A stretch of 64,000 nucleotides of DNA from an uncultured delta proteobacterium (GTDB lineage: Bacteria; Desulfobacterota; WTBG01), in assembly GCA_963793865.1 (NCBI GenBank), contig CAWCBP010000001.1:672001-736000 (forward strand), read 5' to 3'. The notes below the pieces were generated by a model. The model was not told the origin of the DNA and did not search any database. It saw only the letters and a list, made by a program, of their open reading frames with translations. A program made the position numbers and the translations under genes. Positions 43,628-52,891 of this stretch are shown piece after piece; within the stretch, counting starts at the first letter, position 1, and the number at the start of each line of letters is the position of its first letter.

Positions 43628-44317
43628 TTAATCCCTGACGCAACGAACGCAGAACCCGGACTGCAGGGGGCCGTGGCCTCTAAAAACGGTACCGCTGTTG
43701 TAGTTCAAATATCGTCCCCAGGCACCGCGCTCCGGCATGACGGTATCCATCGTCGGTGTCCACCAAAAGCCTATCTCGCCCATAAAACCGAATCCCCCGG
43801 AGCCGAAACGATAGCCGCCCGGAAGACCTGAAAAACCGCTGAGATTGGTTGCCCCGGCATTCGGCTGATTCCACAAGCCTGTACCTGCCTCCAGGGTGCC
43901 TTTGCTTTTCATTTTACCGCCGGCTTCCAATTCGCCGCCCAGATAATCTGTCAACGCGGTCCATTCTTCGTCGCTGGGAACATGCCAATCAGCAGGACAT
44001 AGGTTGCGAGGGTCCACTACAGCATGCCAATTGTACAGCTTGCCGTAAACGGCATCGTTGGCCTCATCGTTGTCGTAATAGCACCAGGCCCCTGTTGCCA
44101 AGGCGCTCCATTCGTCACTATCAATGATATTGGGTATCGGGTCGCCGTTGTCGTATGTGGTGGTTTTTAGATTTTCTGCCATCCACTCCTGCCCGCCTAT
44201 AATCACAGTCCGGTAAACATTGCCGTCGACATCAGTCACTTCGCCGGTTTGCTGACAACCCGTAATCTGACTGCATAGCACCAGGGAGCAGAGCAATAAA
44301 AAACATATTTTCTTCAT
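43628..44317 (-). CDS. Fibrobacter succinogenes major paralogous (FISUMP) domain lipoprotein
   Basis: DVDGNVYRTV.IG.Q.WMAENL, YGKLYNW, CPADWHVPS, VRCVRD. Confidence 0.88.
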   Translation of the reverse strand: MKKICFLLLCSLVLCSQITGCQQTGEVTDVDGNVYRTVIIGGQEWMAENLKTTTYDNGDPIPNIIDSDEWSALATGAWCYYDNDEANDAVYGKLYNWHAVVDPRNLCPADWHVPSDEEWTALTDYLGGELEAGGKMKSKGTLEAGTGLWNQPNAGATNLSGFSGLPGGYRFGSGGFGFMGEIGFWWTPTMDTVMPERGAWGRYLNYNSGTVFRGHGPLQSGFCVRCVRD

Positions 44318-44342
44318 GAAGGTCCCCCCTTCAAAAAGTAAG

Positions 44343-44380
44343 AAAGCCGCTGAAACGCGTGATCATATCTCAGCGGCTTT
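44343..44380. terminator. Terminator-like hairpin
   Basis: AAAGCCGCTGA...TCAGCGGCTTT. Confidence 0.55.
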
Positions 44381-44408
44381 CATTCACCGGCAATGATCCT
44401 CGGAACTA

Positions 44409-45059
44409 TTACAATACAATGTAAATAACCGGTATAACCGCCTCAAGCATCAACTTCAGTGAAAATTTTTGGGCAGGATTCTCTTCGCATTGCCGGATAA
44501 GCTCATCGCTCGTTTCATAGTACAGCTCGATCATGCTGATGCCGGCCTCGCTGGCGGCCATTTTCTCGTCACGGAACCGCCTCAAGATATCAAGCCGCGG
44601 GTCATCAGCGCCCAACAGATATGATGCAGCGCAGGGCTCAGGTTCAGGTGGTTCGGTTCCCTGGTATCCGGAAGCTATCGGGTACTTGCCCGGCTTTGTC
44701 GTAAAGGATTGAAAGTCGCGGGCGGGAACAAGCTCGGTATATTCAGCAAAATCCTGAGGAAGATCATAGACCGTTAGATCATGGTCTGCCTCGATGTAAA
44801 AATGCTTGGAGAAGAAGGTGCTGTAATAAATCTGAAACTCCACGGCATCGGGATTCTTAATGCCATAGGCTATGTGACTCCTCCCGGTATCGCTGACCCA
44901 GGTCTCGGTTATTTCCCATGTCACCGTTGATCCGTCATCCATGATTACGGTCCAGGAACCGAGCCACCCATCCACATACTCCGACTCGGCCCGCGCCAAA
45001 GGTATCAGCAGCATGAAGCAGACCATAAAGCAGGTTGCACTTAAAGCAATTTTTCTCAT
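44409..45059 (-). CDS. Secreted hypothetical protein with CFI-box-like C-terminus
   Basis: Signal peptide; PCAASYLLG..LRRFRDEKM..G..MIELYY. Confidence 0.8.
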   Translation of the reverse strand: MRKIALSATCFMVCFMLLIPLARAESEYVDGWLGSWTVIMDDGSTVTWEITETWVSDTGRSHIAYGIKNPDAVEFQIYYSTFFSKHFYIEADHDLTVYDLPQDFAEYTELVPARDFQSFTTKPGKYPIASGYQGTEPPEPEPCAASYLLGADDPRLDILRRFRDEKMAASEAGISMIELYYETSDELIRQCEENPAQKFSLKLMLEAVIPVIYIVL

Positions 45060-45157
45060 CACATCCTCCTTTCTTGCATTGTTATGTATCTTGTTGTTTG
45101 CATATAGTGCCATGGTAATACAAAACGCTTAACCATCCGCCATTCCGAGCAAACCGT

Positions 45158-46360
45158 TTACGGGATCACCAGATCGATGCCGGCGGCAAGGGGTTTCAGC
45201 ATGATGCGTGCTGTTGTCTTGGCCAGCGGACTTTTCTCGATCAAGGGCTCAGTTATAGCCGATGTTCTGACATAGAGACTGATCAGCCGTCGGCCGGTAG
45301 CGCTCTGTGCGAGAAATCTGTCACGGAAATCCCTCATTTTTTGGGTGTACACATCGGTTTCCCCGAAAATCGATGAGAACATGCAGGGCTTATCGGATAA
45401 ATCAAACACCTGGATTCGATTATTGAATGTATCCGCGACGTAGATGGTGCCGGATGAATCTGTCGCTGCTCCGAAAGGCAGGTTGAAGGAACCGTCCCCG
45501 TTTCCCTCAGAGCCCCATTCGGAAATAAAATTACCGGCATTATCAAACTGCTGTATGCGATGGTTAAATGTATCCGCTATAAAAACATTGTCAGAGGCGT
45601 CAATCGCTATCCCCGAAGGATATGAAAATTCTCCCGGGCCGCCTCCCTTGACTCCCCAGGTGTCAATGAGGGCGCCGGTGGCATCGAACTTGAGTACCCG
45701 GTTATTATAGTAATCGGTTGCAAACACATTCCCCGCGGAGTCAAGAGCCAGATAGGTGGGCCTGAATGAGAACATGCCTCCATTCTCATCCGGGGTGTCT
45801 CCCCAGGCAGTGATAAAATTTCCGGAAGGGTCATATTTCAGGATAAGTGACTGCCACGCGTCCGCAACATAGACATTGCCGACCGTATCAACCGCAACGC
45901 CCACCGGCTCCCGAATAAATCCCGCGCCGGGCTCGTTGTCAGGACCCCATGCCGCCAGGTAGTTTCCGTCTGCATCAAACTTCTGTATGCGAAAGTTTTC
46001 CGGGTCCACGACATACACATATCCATCGAGGTCCACGGCGACATCTCCCGGGCTTCCGAAGTTGCCCTCGTCCTTCCCGGCAGAGCCCCACGCCGTTATG
46101 AACCGACCGCGCTTGTTAAACACCTGTATGCGGTCATTGCCGGTGTCGGCAACATATATTTTCCCGGCGGAATCTACTGCAATGCCGCTTGGTCCTTTAA
46201 ACTGGCCTTCTTCAGAACCTTCTTCTCCCCATGTGACCCCTATGTTTGTTTGAGACGGCAGTGGGGTCCTGACTGGGTCACGATCATCCTGATCGCCGGC
46301 AGAGGTAATACCGTAACAGGCAAAAAGGCTAACCACGATGGTAAAAATCCATTTTCTCAT
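45158..46360 (-). CDS. Secreted NHL-repeat beta-propeller protein with CFI-box-like C-terminus
   Basis: Six P.GIAVD..G.VYVAD..N.RIQ.F repeats; PCMF..MRDFRDRFL..GRRLISLY. Confidence 0.88.
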   Translation of the reverse strand: MRKWIFTIVVSLFACYGITSAGDQDDRDPVRTPLPSQTNIGVTWGEEGSEEGQFKGPSGIAVDSAGKIYVADTGNDRIQVFNKRGRFITAWGSAGKDEGNFGSPGDVAVDLDGYVYVVDPENFRIQKFDADGNYLAAWGPDNEPGAGFIREPVGVAVDTVGNVYVADAWQSLILKYDPSGNFITAWGDTPDENGGMFSFRPTYLALDSAGNVFATDYYNNRVLKFDATGALIDTWGVKGGGPGEFSYPSGIAIDASDNVFIADTFNHRIQQFDNAGNFISEWGSEGNGDGSFNLPFGAATDSSGTIYVADTFNNRIQVFDLSDKPCMFSSIFGETDVYTQKMRDFRDRFLAQSATGRRLISLYVRTSAITEPLIEKSPLAKTTARIMLKPLAAGIDLVIP

Positions 46361-46438
46361 ATGTATCCCGGTGTCAATTGTTTTGTATTACCCGCTCTAT
46401 TCAGTATAACCCTGCAATTATGTGAAAAGGTGTGACAG

Positions 46439-47113
46439 CTATTTGAGAAGACCGGCGATGCCCTCGGTCCATGATCTCACGATGTCAAAGTTGCGAAGAT
46501 CCCCCGCTTCTTCAAAACCGGTTAATTTTAGATTTATAATTTCAACCGGAAATATTTCCTGAAAAAAGAATTTTCCGGGCATCAGACCGATTGGTTCTAA
46601 AACCTGTATTTCGGGATATTTCCTAAGGACGGATGCGTTGACCAGGCGGGCAAGATTTTCCTCAACCATGCCCGTCTCTTTATTGACAGAGGTTGAGACA
46701 GCAAAGACTGCTACATCTTTAGTCGCCAGCAGGGTTTGGTGGCGTTCTAAAAAGCTTAATGCCCCGGGAAGGAAAGTAGCATAGTACATCGGACTTCCAA
46801 GCACGATTGCGTCATATGGCGAAATGTCGTCGATATTCAATGCCGGTCTGATATCCGTCTGAAACCCGTTCTCACACAGCACATCACCCACTGTTTCCGC
46901 GATCATGGCTGTTGATCCGTGCTTTGTATCGTAGGCAACCAGAACTTTTTTGCCGCTGATGTTATCACTCCCGCATGATTTCTCGAATAAGACAGCGCTT
47001 GCCGAAACAGACGATGCCAAGACAATCGACAGTATGAACATGAAGGGGATGCTAATAACCGTCGTATGTTTCGTATATGGTTTTCTAAACAATTTTGGTA
47101 ATGTTTTTATCAT
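46439..47113 (-). CDS. Flavodoxin-domain (HemG-like) protein with N-terminal signal/TM segment
   Basis: VLVAYDTKHGST..IAE, YDAIVLGSP, GDLRNFD..W. Confidence 0.8.
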   Translation of the reverse strand: MIKTLPKLFRKPYTKHTTVISIPFMFILSIVLASSVSASAVLFEKSCGSDNISGKKVLVAYDTKHGSTAMIAETVGDVLCENGFQTDIRPALNIDDISPYDAIVLGSPMYYATFLPGALSFLERHQTLLATKDVAVFAVSTSVNKETGMVEENLARLVNASVLRKYPEIQVLEPIGLMPGKFFFQEIFPVEIINLKLTGFEEAGDLRNFDIVRSWTEGIAGLLK

Positions 47114-47464
47114 GTTTCCACCATCCTTGTGCTGGACCATTATTTAAATTTACAATCAAAAGTAATAATTGTTTTACACTAATTACCGCGTTACCTGTAC
47201 ACAGCAAATATTCAAGCAAAAACTACAGTTATTTCTTTTAAAAGTCAATATTTTACTGTCATATCATATGGGAAGATTATTCAATGAAGGTGAGCCCAGA
47301 TAACGGGCAGTGCAACAGTTTTCCTTGCCAATAGTATCGATACTGGTATAAATAGAGAAAGCATATGCGGACAAATGTTGTGGTGAGACCGATTTTTAGA
47401 GACTTTGTATGTTGGATTGTATGTATCCGGCAGATTTGTTGTCTGGAGAAAGGAAAGCGTGCCA

Positions 47465-47905
47465 ATGAAAAAAGGATCGCAACATAACGATTCATTTCGG
47501 CAGGAGCAGGAAGGACATGATGTCATAGCTCTCATCAAAAGGATGCAGCAGCAGCTGGCATTTCTGGAGAAAAAGATTGATCTTTTGATCAGCCAGTCAC
47601 AGCCACGGACTTCCGGTGAGAGGCATTTTTCAAAACCGTTCGGCTCCGCCGGCCCTTCGCGGCGTCATGCCGCGCGAGAGCATGATGGTAACTATGGAGA
47701 AAAACGTGCGGACCGGGGGCGACATTTCGGGAAAAGGCCGGGGGAAAACAACCGTGATTTTGGCCGGCGCAGCCATGATCATGATAGTCCCCGCGAAGGT
47801 GACAGCGGCCCGGCACGTCCTTATGAGGATCGTCATGGCCGTGACAAGGGAAAATTCAAGCACAAAGGCGGTTCATTCTATGACCGGCGCAAGGGTCGTG
47901 AGTGA
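47465..47905 (+). CDS. Hypothetical protein (short coiled coil plus Arg/Gly-rich disordered tail)
   Basis: AAGGA RBS; MQQQLAFLEKKIDLL then low-complexity basic repeats. Confidence 0.65.
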   Translation: MKKGSQHNDSFRQEQEGHDVIALIKRMQQQLAFLEKKIDLLISQSQPRTSGERHFSKPFGSAGPSRRHAAREHDGNYGEKRADRGRHFGKRPGENNRDFGRRSHDHDSPREGDSGPARPYEDRHGRDKGKFKHKGGSFYDRRKGRE

Positions 47906-47993
47906 AGGGCCGGTTTAAATATCGGATTACCGGTCACTGCAGGTACCATGGGCATTTAAATTAAAAGAACACACAAAGAACAACCGGCATGTT

Positions 47994-48027
47994 GAAAAGG
48001 CCCAGGATTCGTGAGGGGCCTTTTTTC
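47994..48027. terminator. Rho-independent terminator
   Basis: GAAAAGGCCC...GGGCCTTTTTTC. Confidence 0.7.
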
Positions 48028-48202
48028 ATCCTCTGATTTGAATAGTGCAGGTTGTGGTTGTTGAGCTTGTTGTAGTATAGCTGCATCCCTCCATACCGGA
48101 GGCGCTGTAAGGGCAGGAACTTTTTGTTTGGGGCGGGCTTTACCGTGAATAAATTGTGTGGTATAAGTATCAAAAGAAAATAATTTAACAGGAGGTTTAA
48201 CG

Positions 48203-48889
48203 ATGAGAATAGTACTGGCAGTATGTGCTGCGCTTTCAATGTTGACATCCGGTATGGCCTACGCAAAGCAGGTCAGCATTGATATGGACTTGAAAAAGCC
48301 TGGAATTGCCACCAAGGAAGCTGAGGCGGATGAATGGTTTAACAAGGGTAACACGGCATATCAGTCCAAGGATTATGATGAAGCCATTAAATCTTATAAA
48401 AAAGCCGTAGAGATAGACCCTTCCTTTGCAAGCGCCTTTTACAACCTTGGCATTGTTTATGGTGTAAAAGGAATGCCTGACGAGGCCATCTCAGCCTATA
48501 AGAAGGTGCTGATGATCAAGCCCGATTATCATACTGCACGGGTTGCCCTTGGGTCTGTTTATATTCAAAAGGGAATGGTAAATGAGGCCATTTCTGAATT
48601 GGAGAGGGTCCTTGCCGGCAGTCCTGATTACGCCCGCGCGCACTTTTATCTGGGTGAATGTTATTTTACCAAGGGAGATAAGCAGCGAGCGGCCGAATAC
48701 TATTATAAGGCAGGTACACTTTTTGTGACGCGGGGCAATACAGACTGGGCACAGAAATCCTATGATGGTTTGAAAAAAACGAATGATGAGAAGCTGGCAA
48801 AAGATCTTCTTGCAAAGATGAACGCAGCGCCGAAGCAGGAAGCGATTACCGTTGATCAAGTCATCGAGATAAAACCCAAGGCAAAATGA
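48203..48889 (+). CDS. Secreted TPR protein
   Basis: Signal peptide; AFYNLG, ARVALG, AHFYLG repeats. Confidence 0.88.
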   Translation: MRIVLAVCAALSMLTSGMAYAKQVSIDMDLKKPGIATKEAEADEWFNKGNTAYQSKDYDEAIKSYKKAVEIDPSFASAFYNLGIVYGVKGMPDEAISAYKKVLMIKPDYHTARVALGSVYIQKGMVNEAISELERVLAGSPDYARAHFYLGECYFTKGDKQRAAEYYYKAGTLFVTRGNTDWAQKSYDGLKKTNDEKLAKDLLAKMNAAPKQEAITVDQVIEIKPKAK

Positions 48890-48972
48890 AAGTTTGCCTG
48901 ACAACACGTGCATCAAGCCTCGTTCTCTGCATCACCTCCCTCATGGGGTGCGCCCCGCATTTCTGATAAGAC

Positions 48973-50562
48973 TTATTTTGCTATTGCGGGTATGATGCTC
49001 TCTATGACCCCCCGTATTTCCTGCTTGAACTCTTCGTCCTGATCGATTGCCTGTGCAACGGCAGGGCTCAACTCGTAGTACAGATTGATCAATGATCTGC
49101 CTTCGGGGGTTTTACTGAGCACCTCATCACGGTACGTCCTCAGGATATCGAGTCTAGCCTGATCCTCCTCCAGTGCGGCTTCCGCGGCACAGGGGCCGGG
49201 AGGGCCGGTAAAACACTTGCCGGTTCTAAATCCGTTACCGCAGTAAGGATAATCAGCGGGGCAGCACCAGCCGTTATAACAATCAACGGGATAATCGGCA
49301 GGACAGCCAAAACTGATGGTGGTAGTGGTGTAGCCGGGTGAAGGACAGTATGACTGATAGGTATAGCAATAACCATCGTCACAGCACGCCGGATAAAAAT
49401 AGGGGCAGCACATCTCATTGCCGCAATCAACCGTATAATCCGGTAAGCCCGGTGGCGGGCAAGCTCCCCCCGCGGTGGTCGTTGTAGAAGAAAAAACAGT
49501 GGTCGTGAAAGGACTGATGGTGGTGGTAATTACCCCTCCGCCATAACTCAAGTCTACAGCATCCCAACCAAAAAGGGTCAGCGAGTCTGCAGAAGTCACA
49601 TAGGAAACCCTGAAATACCCTCCGTTACCGGCACCCGGAGTATAGGGCGTAAAATTGGCTGTTTCACCCCAGTCAGTACCCCAGCTGTTTTTAACAATCC
49701 AGCAGCCCTGGGCATCATCATAGCCGATGATATATACCAGATGTCCGCCTCCCTGTTCATCCTGCTGGGGAACCGGTGCATAAATGCCGCCGGTATAGTC
49801 AAAGAAATCCTGGTAAGCCAGCATGGCGCAGGGTACGGGTTTGTTTACCAGCACCGCCTTAATATAGTCAGGATATGGTATATAGCCTTTCTCACCGGCT
49901 ATGAACGAATAACCCGACAATTTATAAACCCTGTTTGCCGCATCAGCGCAAGCGTTAGCACAGGGGGGTTCAGTCCCCGACTGCTGAGTTGAGGCGTAGG
50001 GAAAACACGATTCATCAGGGACGCCGGTGCTTACCAGAAAATCACACACATAATCAGCAGCGTTGCCATCGCAACCACCATAGTGATAGCCATCTTGTGT
50101 ACCATTTGGTCCGCAGGATACGATATACTGCTCGGCAAGATCTATGGAAAGGTTGGGATTGCTTTGTGATAGTTTGATGAGGGTTTCCAGTGTTCCCGAT
50201 GTTCCAAAAGAGTAACAGCTCCCGCATGCCTGCTGGTTCTTTACCGGGGTAATCCAGTTGCCCCCGTTATGATTTCGCCAATCCAGGGAAAGGGGAGCGG
50301 TAAGCGGGGCAAGCAATCGCATGCCTTCATCCATCATTTCTACCTTTCCCGGGAGCCGGTAGGTGAGCAGGGCCTTCCTCTCCTCCGGCGAAAGGTCCGA
50401 AAGTGCAGTCCTTCCTGCTCTCCATTGATAGCCCCGAACATTAATTTCTTTTTGCAAATCTTCAATCTTCCACCCTGCCGCACATACCGCCTGCATGCAC
50501 ACAATCTGAAAAAAAACAGCTGTAATGAGTAAAATGCCCGGCACATTCACTTTTTTATTCAT
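48973..50562 (-). CDS. Secreted papain-family (C1A) cysteine protease with Cys-rich modules and CFI-box-like C-terminus
   Basis: DWR, PVKNQQACGSCYSF, GHLV.IIGY, WIVKNSWG; PCAAE..LRTYRDEVL..PEGRSLINLYYELSP. Confidence 0.9.
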   Translation of the reverse strand: MNKKVNVPGILLITAVFFQIVCMQAVCAAGWKIEDLQKEINVRGYQWRAGRTALSDLSPEERKALLTYRLPGKVEMMDEGMRLLAPLTAPLSLDWRNHNGGNWITPVKNQQACGSCYSFGTSGTLETLIKLSQSNPNLSIDLAEQYIVSCGPNGTQDGYHYGGCDGNAADYVCDFLVSTGVPDESCFPYASTQQSGTEPPCANACADAANRVYKLSGYSFIAGEKGYIPYPDYIKAVLVNKPVPCAMLAYQDFFDYTGGIYAPVPQQDEQGGGHLVYIIGYDDAQGCWIVKNSWGTDWGETANFTPYTPGAGNGGYFRVSYVTSADSLTLFGWDAVDLSYGGGVITTTISPFTTTVFSSTTTTAGGACPPPGLPDYTVDCGNEMCCPYFYPACCDDGYCYTYQSYCPSPGYTTTTISFGCPADYPVDCYNGWCCPADYPYCGNGFRTGKCFTGPPGPCAAEAALEEDQARLDILRTYRDEVLSKTPEGRSLINLYYELSPAVAQAIDQDEEFKQEIRGVIESIIPAIAK

Positions 50563-50624
50563 ATTCCACCCCTCTTGAAAGTTAATAGATCAGTCTTGAA
50601 TGAATATGATCGTATGTGCCGCAT

Positions 50625-50670
50625 AAAAAACCCCACTCCGTCAGATAGTATCATCTGCACAGAAGTGGGA
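50625..50670 (-). terminator. Terminator in the leader of the C1 peptidase
   Basis: Minus strand CCCACTTCTGT.CAGAT...ATCTGACGGAGTGGGG-TTTTTT. Confidence 0.7.
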
Positions 50671-50860
50671 AATATTTAAATTCGGCTTGCGCACGCTCTC
50701 TCCCCGTTACGATTACAGACAGCTGCATCAAATCATAGTTCGGAAGCATTGGCAAGTGTTTTCAGATGACATCTTCTCCGTTGACTGATGAGCCGGGCAG
50801 CACCCTTTGGTTGCAGGGCAGCAGGTGTTCACGGTAGCAAGCACCGCTCAGATGGACGCT

Positions 50861-51085
50861 TCAGGTGAACAGTCCGATAACATAGCTATTCATCTTTGCC
50901 CCGATGCCCGAGTAAATAAAAATACCGATCAGGGCTCCCACTGCCAGGGCAACCAGCCACTTCTGTTTGGCGGTGAAGACGGTACTGCGCAGCAATGCAT
51001 AAATGCCGAGCGGAGGAAATGCCTGCAGCGAGAATATTACCTTAGCGCGATTGTTATACCATTTTTCTTTTTCCGGTTTTTCCAC
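50861..51085 (-). CDS. Small membrane protein
   Basis: AAGGAG RBS; KWY...FPPLGIYAL; two hydrophobic segments. Confidence 0.65.
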   Translation of the reverse strand: MEKPEKEKWYNNRAKVIFSLQAFPPLGIYALLRSTVFTAKQKWLVALAVGALIGIFIYSGIGAKMNSYVIGLFT

Positions 51086-51433
51086 GATCTCTCCTTTGTG
51101 CTGCGTATGCTGCAGCCTACATTACATCATTCTGAACACCGCCATAAACAGTGTAACAAACCAGGACTGGTGCTTGCACCGTAAAGAAGCACATCCCGGC
51201 CATTAGAACAATTTAATAAAAAAAAGTCAACCGGTGAAAGCAAGTACTTTCTGGGCAGTTAGTGCCTTCTTCTTTACCCGGCAGGAGTTGTGTGCTATAG
51301 GGGATGTGCATGACAATCAGGTATAAACCTGTTAAACAATGTATTGCCAACCCATTTATTTATACTCATTTTTTCACGTGCCGAGCATTGTGCCGGAGAC
51401 CAATTAACGGTGTCGACTATGGGGGGTGCTGTC

Positions 51434-52093
51434 ATGAGAAAAGGTATCGAGAGGTCCATGCAACTGCCGTCCGTCGGAATTGCGGTAATGCTCATCATCC
51501 TCCCGGTTGCAATTATGTCCTGTTCAGCGTTCCTGAAATCAGGAAAAGCGCATGGGGACATATCGTCAGCTGCGGCTACAGAACAGCAGTCGGTAAATAA
51601 AGAGAAAAACAGGTATTGTGAAATAACTGCCTGTATTGGTGAAATAAAAGACGAATGCGAAGTGAGAATCGGGATAATGAAAAACTATGACGCAACCGTG
51701 AATACCAAAAACGGTGGCGATTATATTCTCAAGGTAGACAAGGCCATGGCGATTGAGTTTTTAAAAGACTGGATTTTGAAGGGCTCTTTGACGCTGAACA
51801 GGTTGGGGGCCGGCGATAAGCTTTTGTACAGAACATATGCGGAAGAAGACAGCGAGTATTATGCTCGACACTACAGCAGTCTTGTGAGAGTAATGAGAAA
51901 AATAAGTGTTGATGAACAGGCTCCCGGATATAAGTTTTCCTTCAGGCAACTGTTTGAAGCAGCTGAATCGATGCTGCAAAAGGATAGGGTTCAGCTGGGT
52001 CAGGAAACGCTCATGGTGAAAAAGCGGATATTCCCGGAATCACCTGTGGATCCCTTCTTCGCATCTCCCATAAAGCAGATGGAGCTTTATTAG
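51434..52093 (+). CDS. Hypothetical (lipo)protein
   Basis: Hydrophobic N-terminus ending IMSC; followed by terminator. Confidence 0.6.
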   Translation: MRKGIERSMQLPSVGIAVMLIILPVAIMSCSAFLKSGKAHGDISSAAATEQQSVNKEKNRYCEITACIGEIKDECEVRIGIMKNYDATVNTKNGGDYILKVDKAMAIEFLKDWILKGSLTLNRLGAGDKLLYRTYAEEDSEYYARHYSSLVRVMRKISVDEQAPGYKFSFRQLFEAAESMLQKDRVQLGQETLMVKKRIFPESPVDPFFASPIKQMELY

Positions 52094-52120
52094 CTCTTGA
52101 TGCCGGCTATGCAAGGGGGT

Positions 52121-52158
52121 AAAAAAGGCAGGGCCCATATGGGAGACCTGCCTTTTTA
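52121..52158. terminator. Bidirectional terminator
   Basis: AAAAAAGGCAGG...CCTGCCTTTTT between convergent genes. Confidence 0.75.
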
Positions 52159-52185
52159 GCTTACGATTCAGAATGAATAGAATTT

Positions 52186-52452
52186 TTATAACAATACAAT
52201 CATTGGCGGAAGAACGCCTCCAACCGCATCAGAGTAACTTGCAAGCAAAGTTTCGACTTTTAAAACCCTCATAAAAGCAGTTATAAAAAGCAAGACGTCA
52301 AGTACCAGCCCCACCATGATTGACGATTGGTCTGTTAGATCTCTGATTTTTCCTGCAGTCGATGTGAGTGGCTTGAGTAATCGTGCTGCGATGTCGTCAT
52401 AAGCTAAATGTATTTTGAGATACTCAATTGGCTGAATTGATGTAACTCTCAT
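52186..52452 (-). CDS. Small hypothetical membrane protein
   Basis: AAGGAGG RBS; hydrophobic C-terminal half. Confidence 0.45.
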   Translation of the reverse strand: MRVTSIQPIEYLKIHLAYDDIAARLLKPLTSTAGKIRDLTDQSSIMVGLVLDVLLFITAFMRVLKVETLLASYSDAVGGVLPPMIVLL

Positions 52453-52891
52453 GGCAATTCCTCCTTTCTTAAACTCTCCATCCATCTGCAATCACATGTT
52501 TACTTTTGGATTACTGGTTTGTGATCGGGGATTTCTGGAAGAGCAATTATAAAATCGGAATCCCAATCTTTAGCAGATAACGTTACACTGCGTTACTCAA
52601 TAACACCTCCTTTCATGCATGCACTGCATCAGGTTTTTACTATGGTTAACAGGGAGCTCAAATTATAAAACTATTTACAGTTAATACAAGGGTAAATTTT
52701 CAGGTTTTTTTATCATATACTATAATTGGTATAACAAACTGAACACACATCCGCATATGGTAGAGGTTGTCGAAAAAAAAGTGATCGTTTGGTTGCGCCG
52801 AATGAATTAAATTTAAAATAATGCTGCTACGTTCACAAACGAAAACTCAAGAAGATGATTTTTTGTGAAAACCTGAGGTTTAGCATGATGT

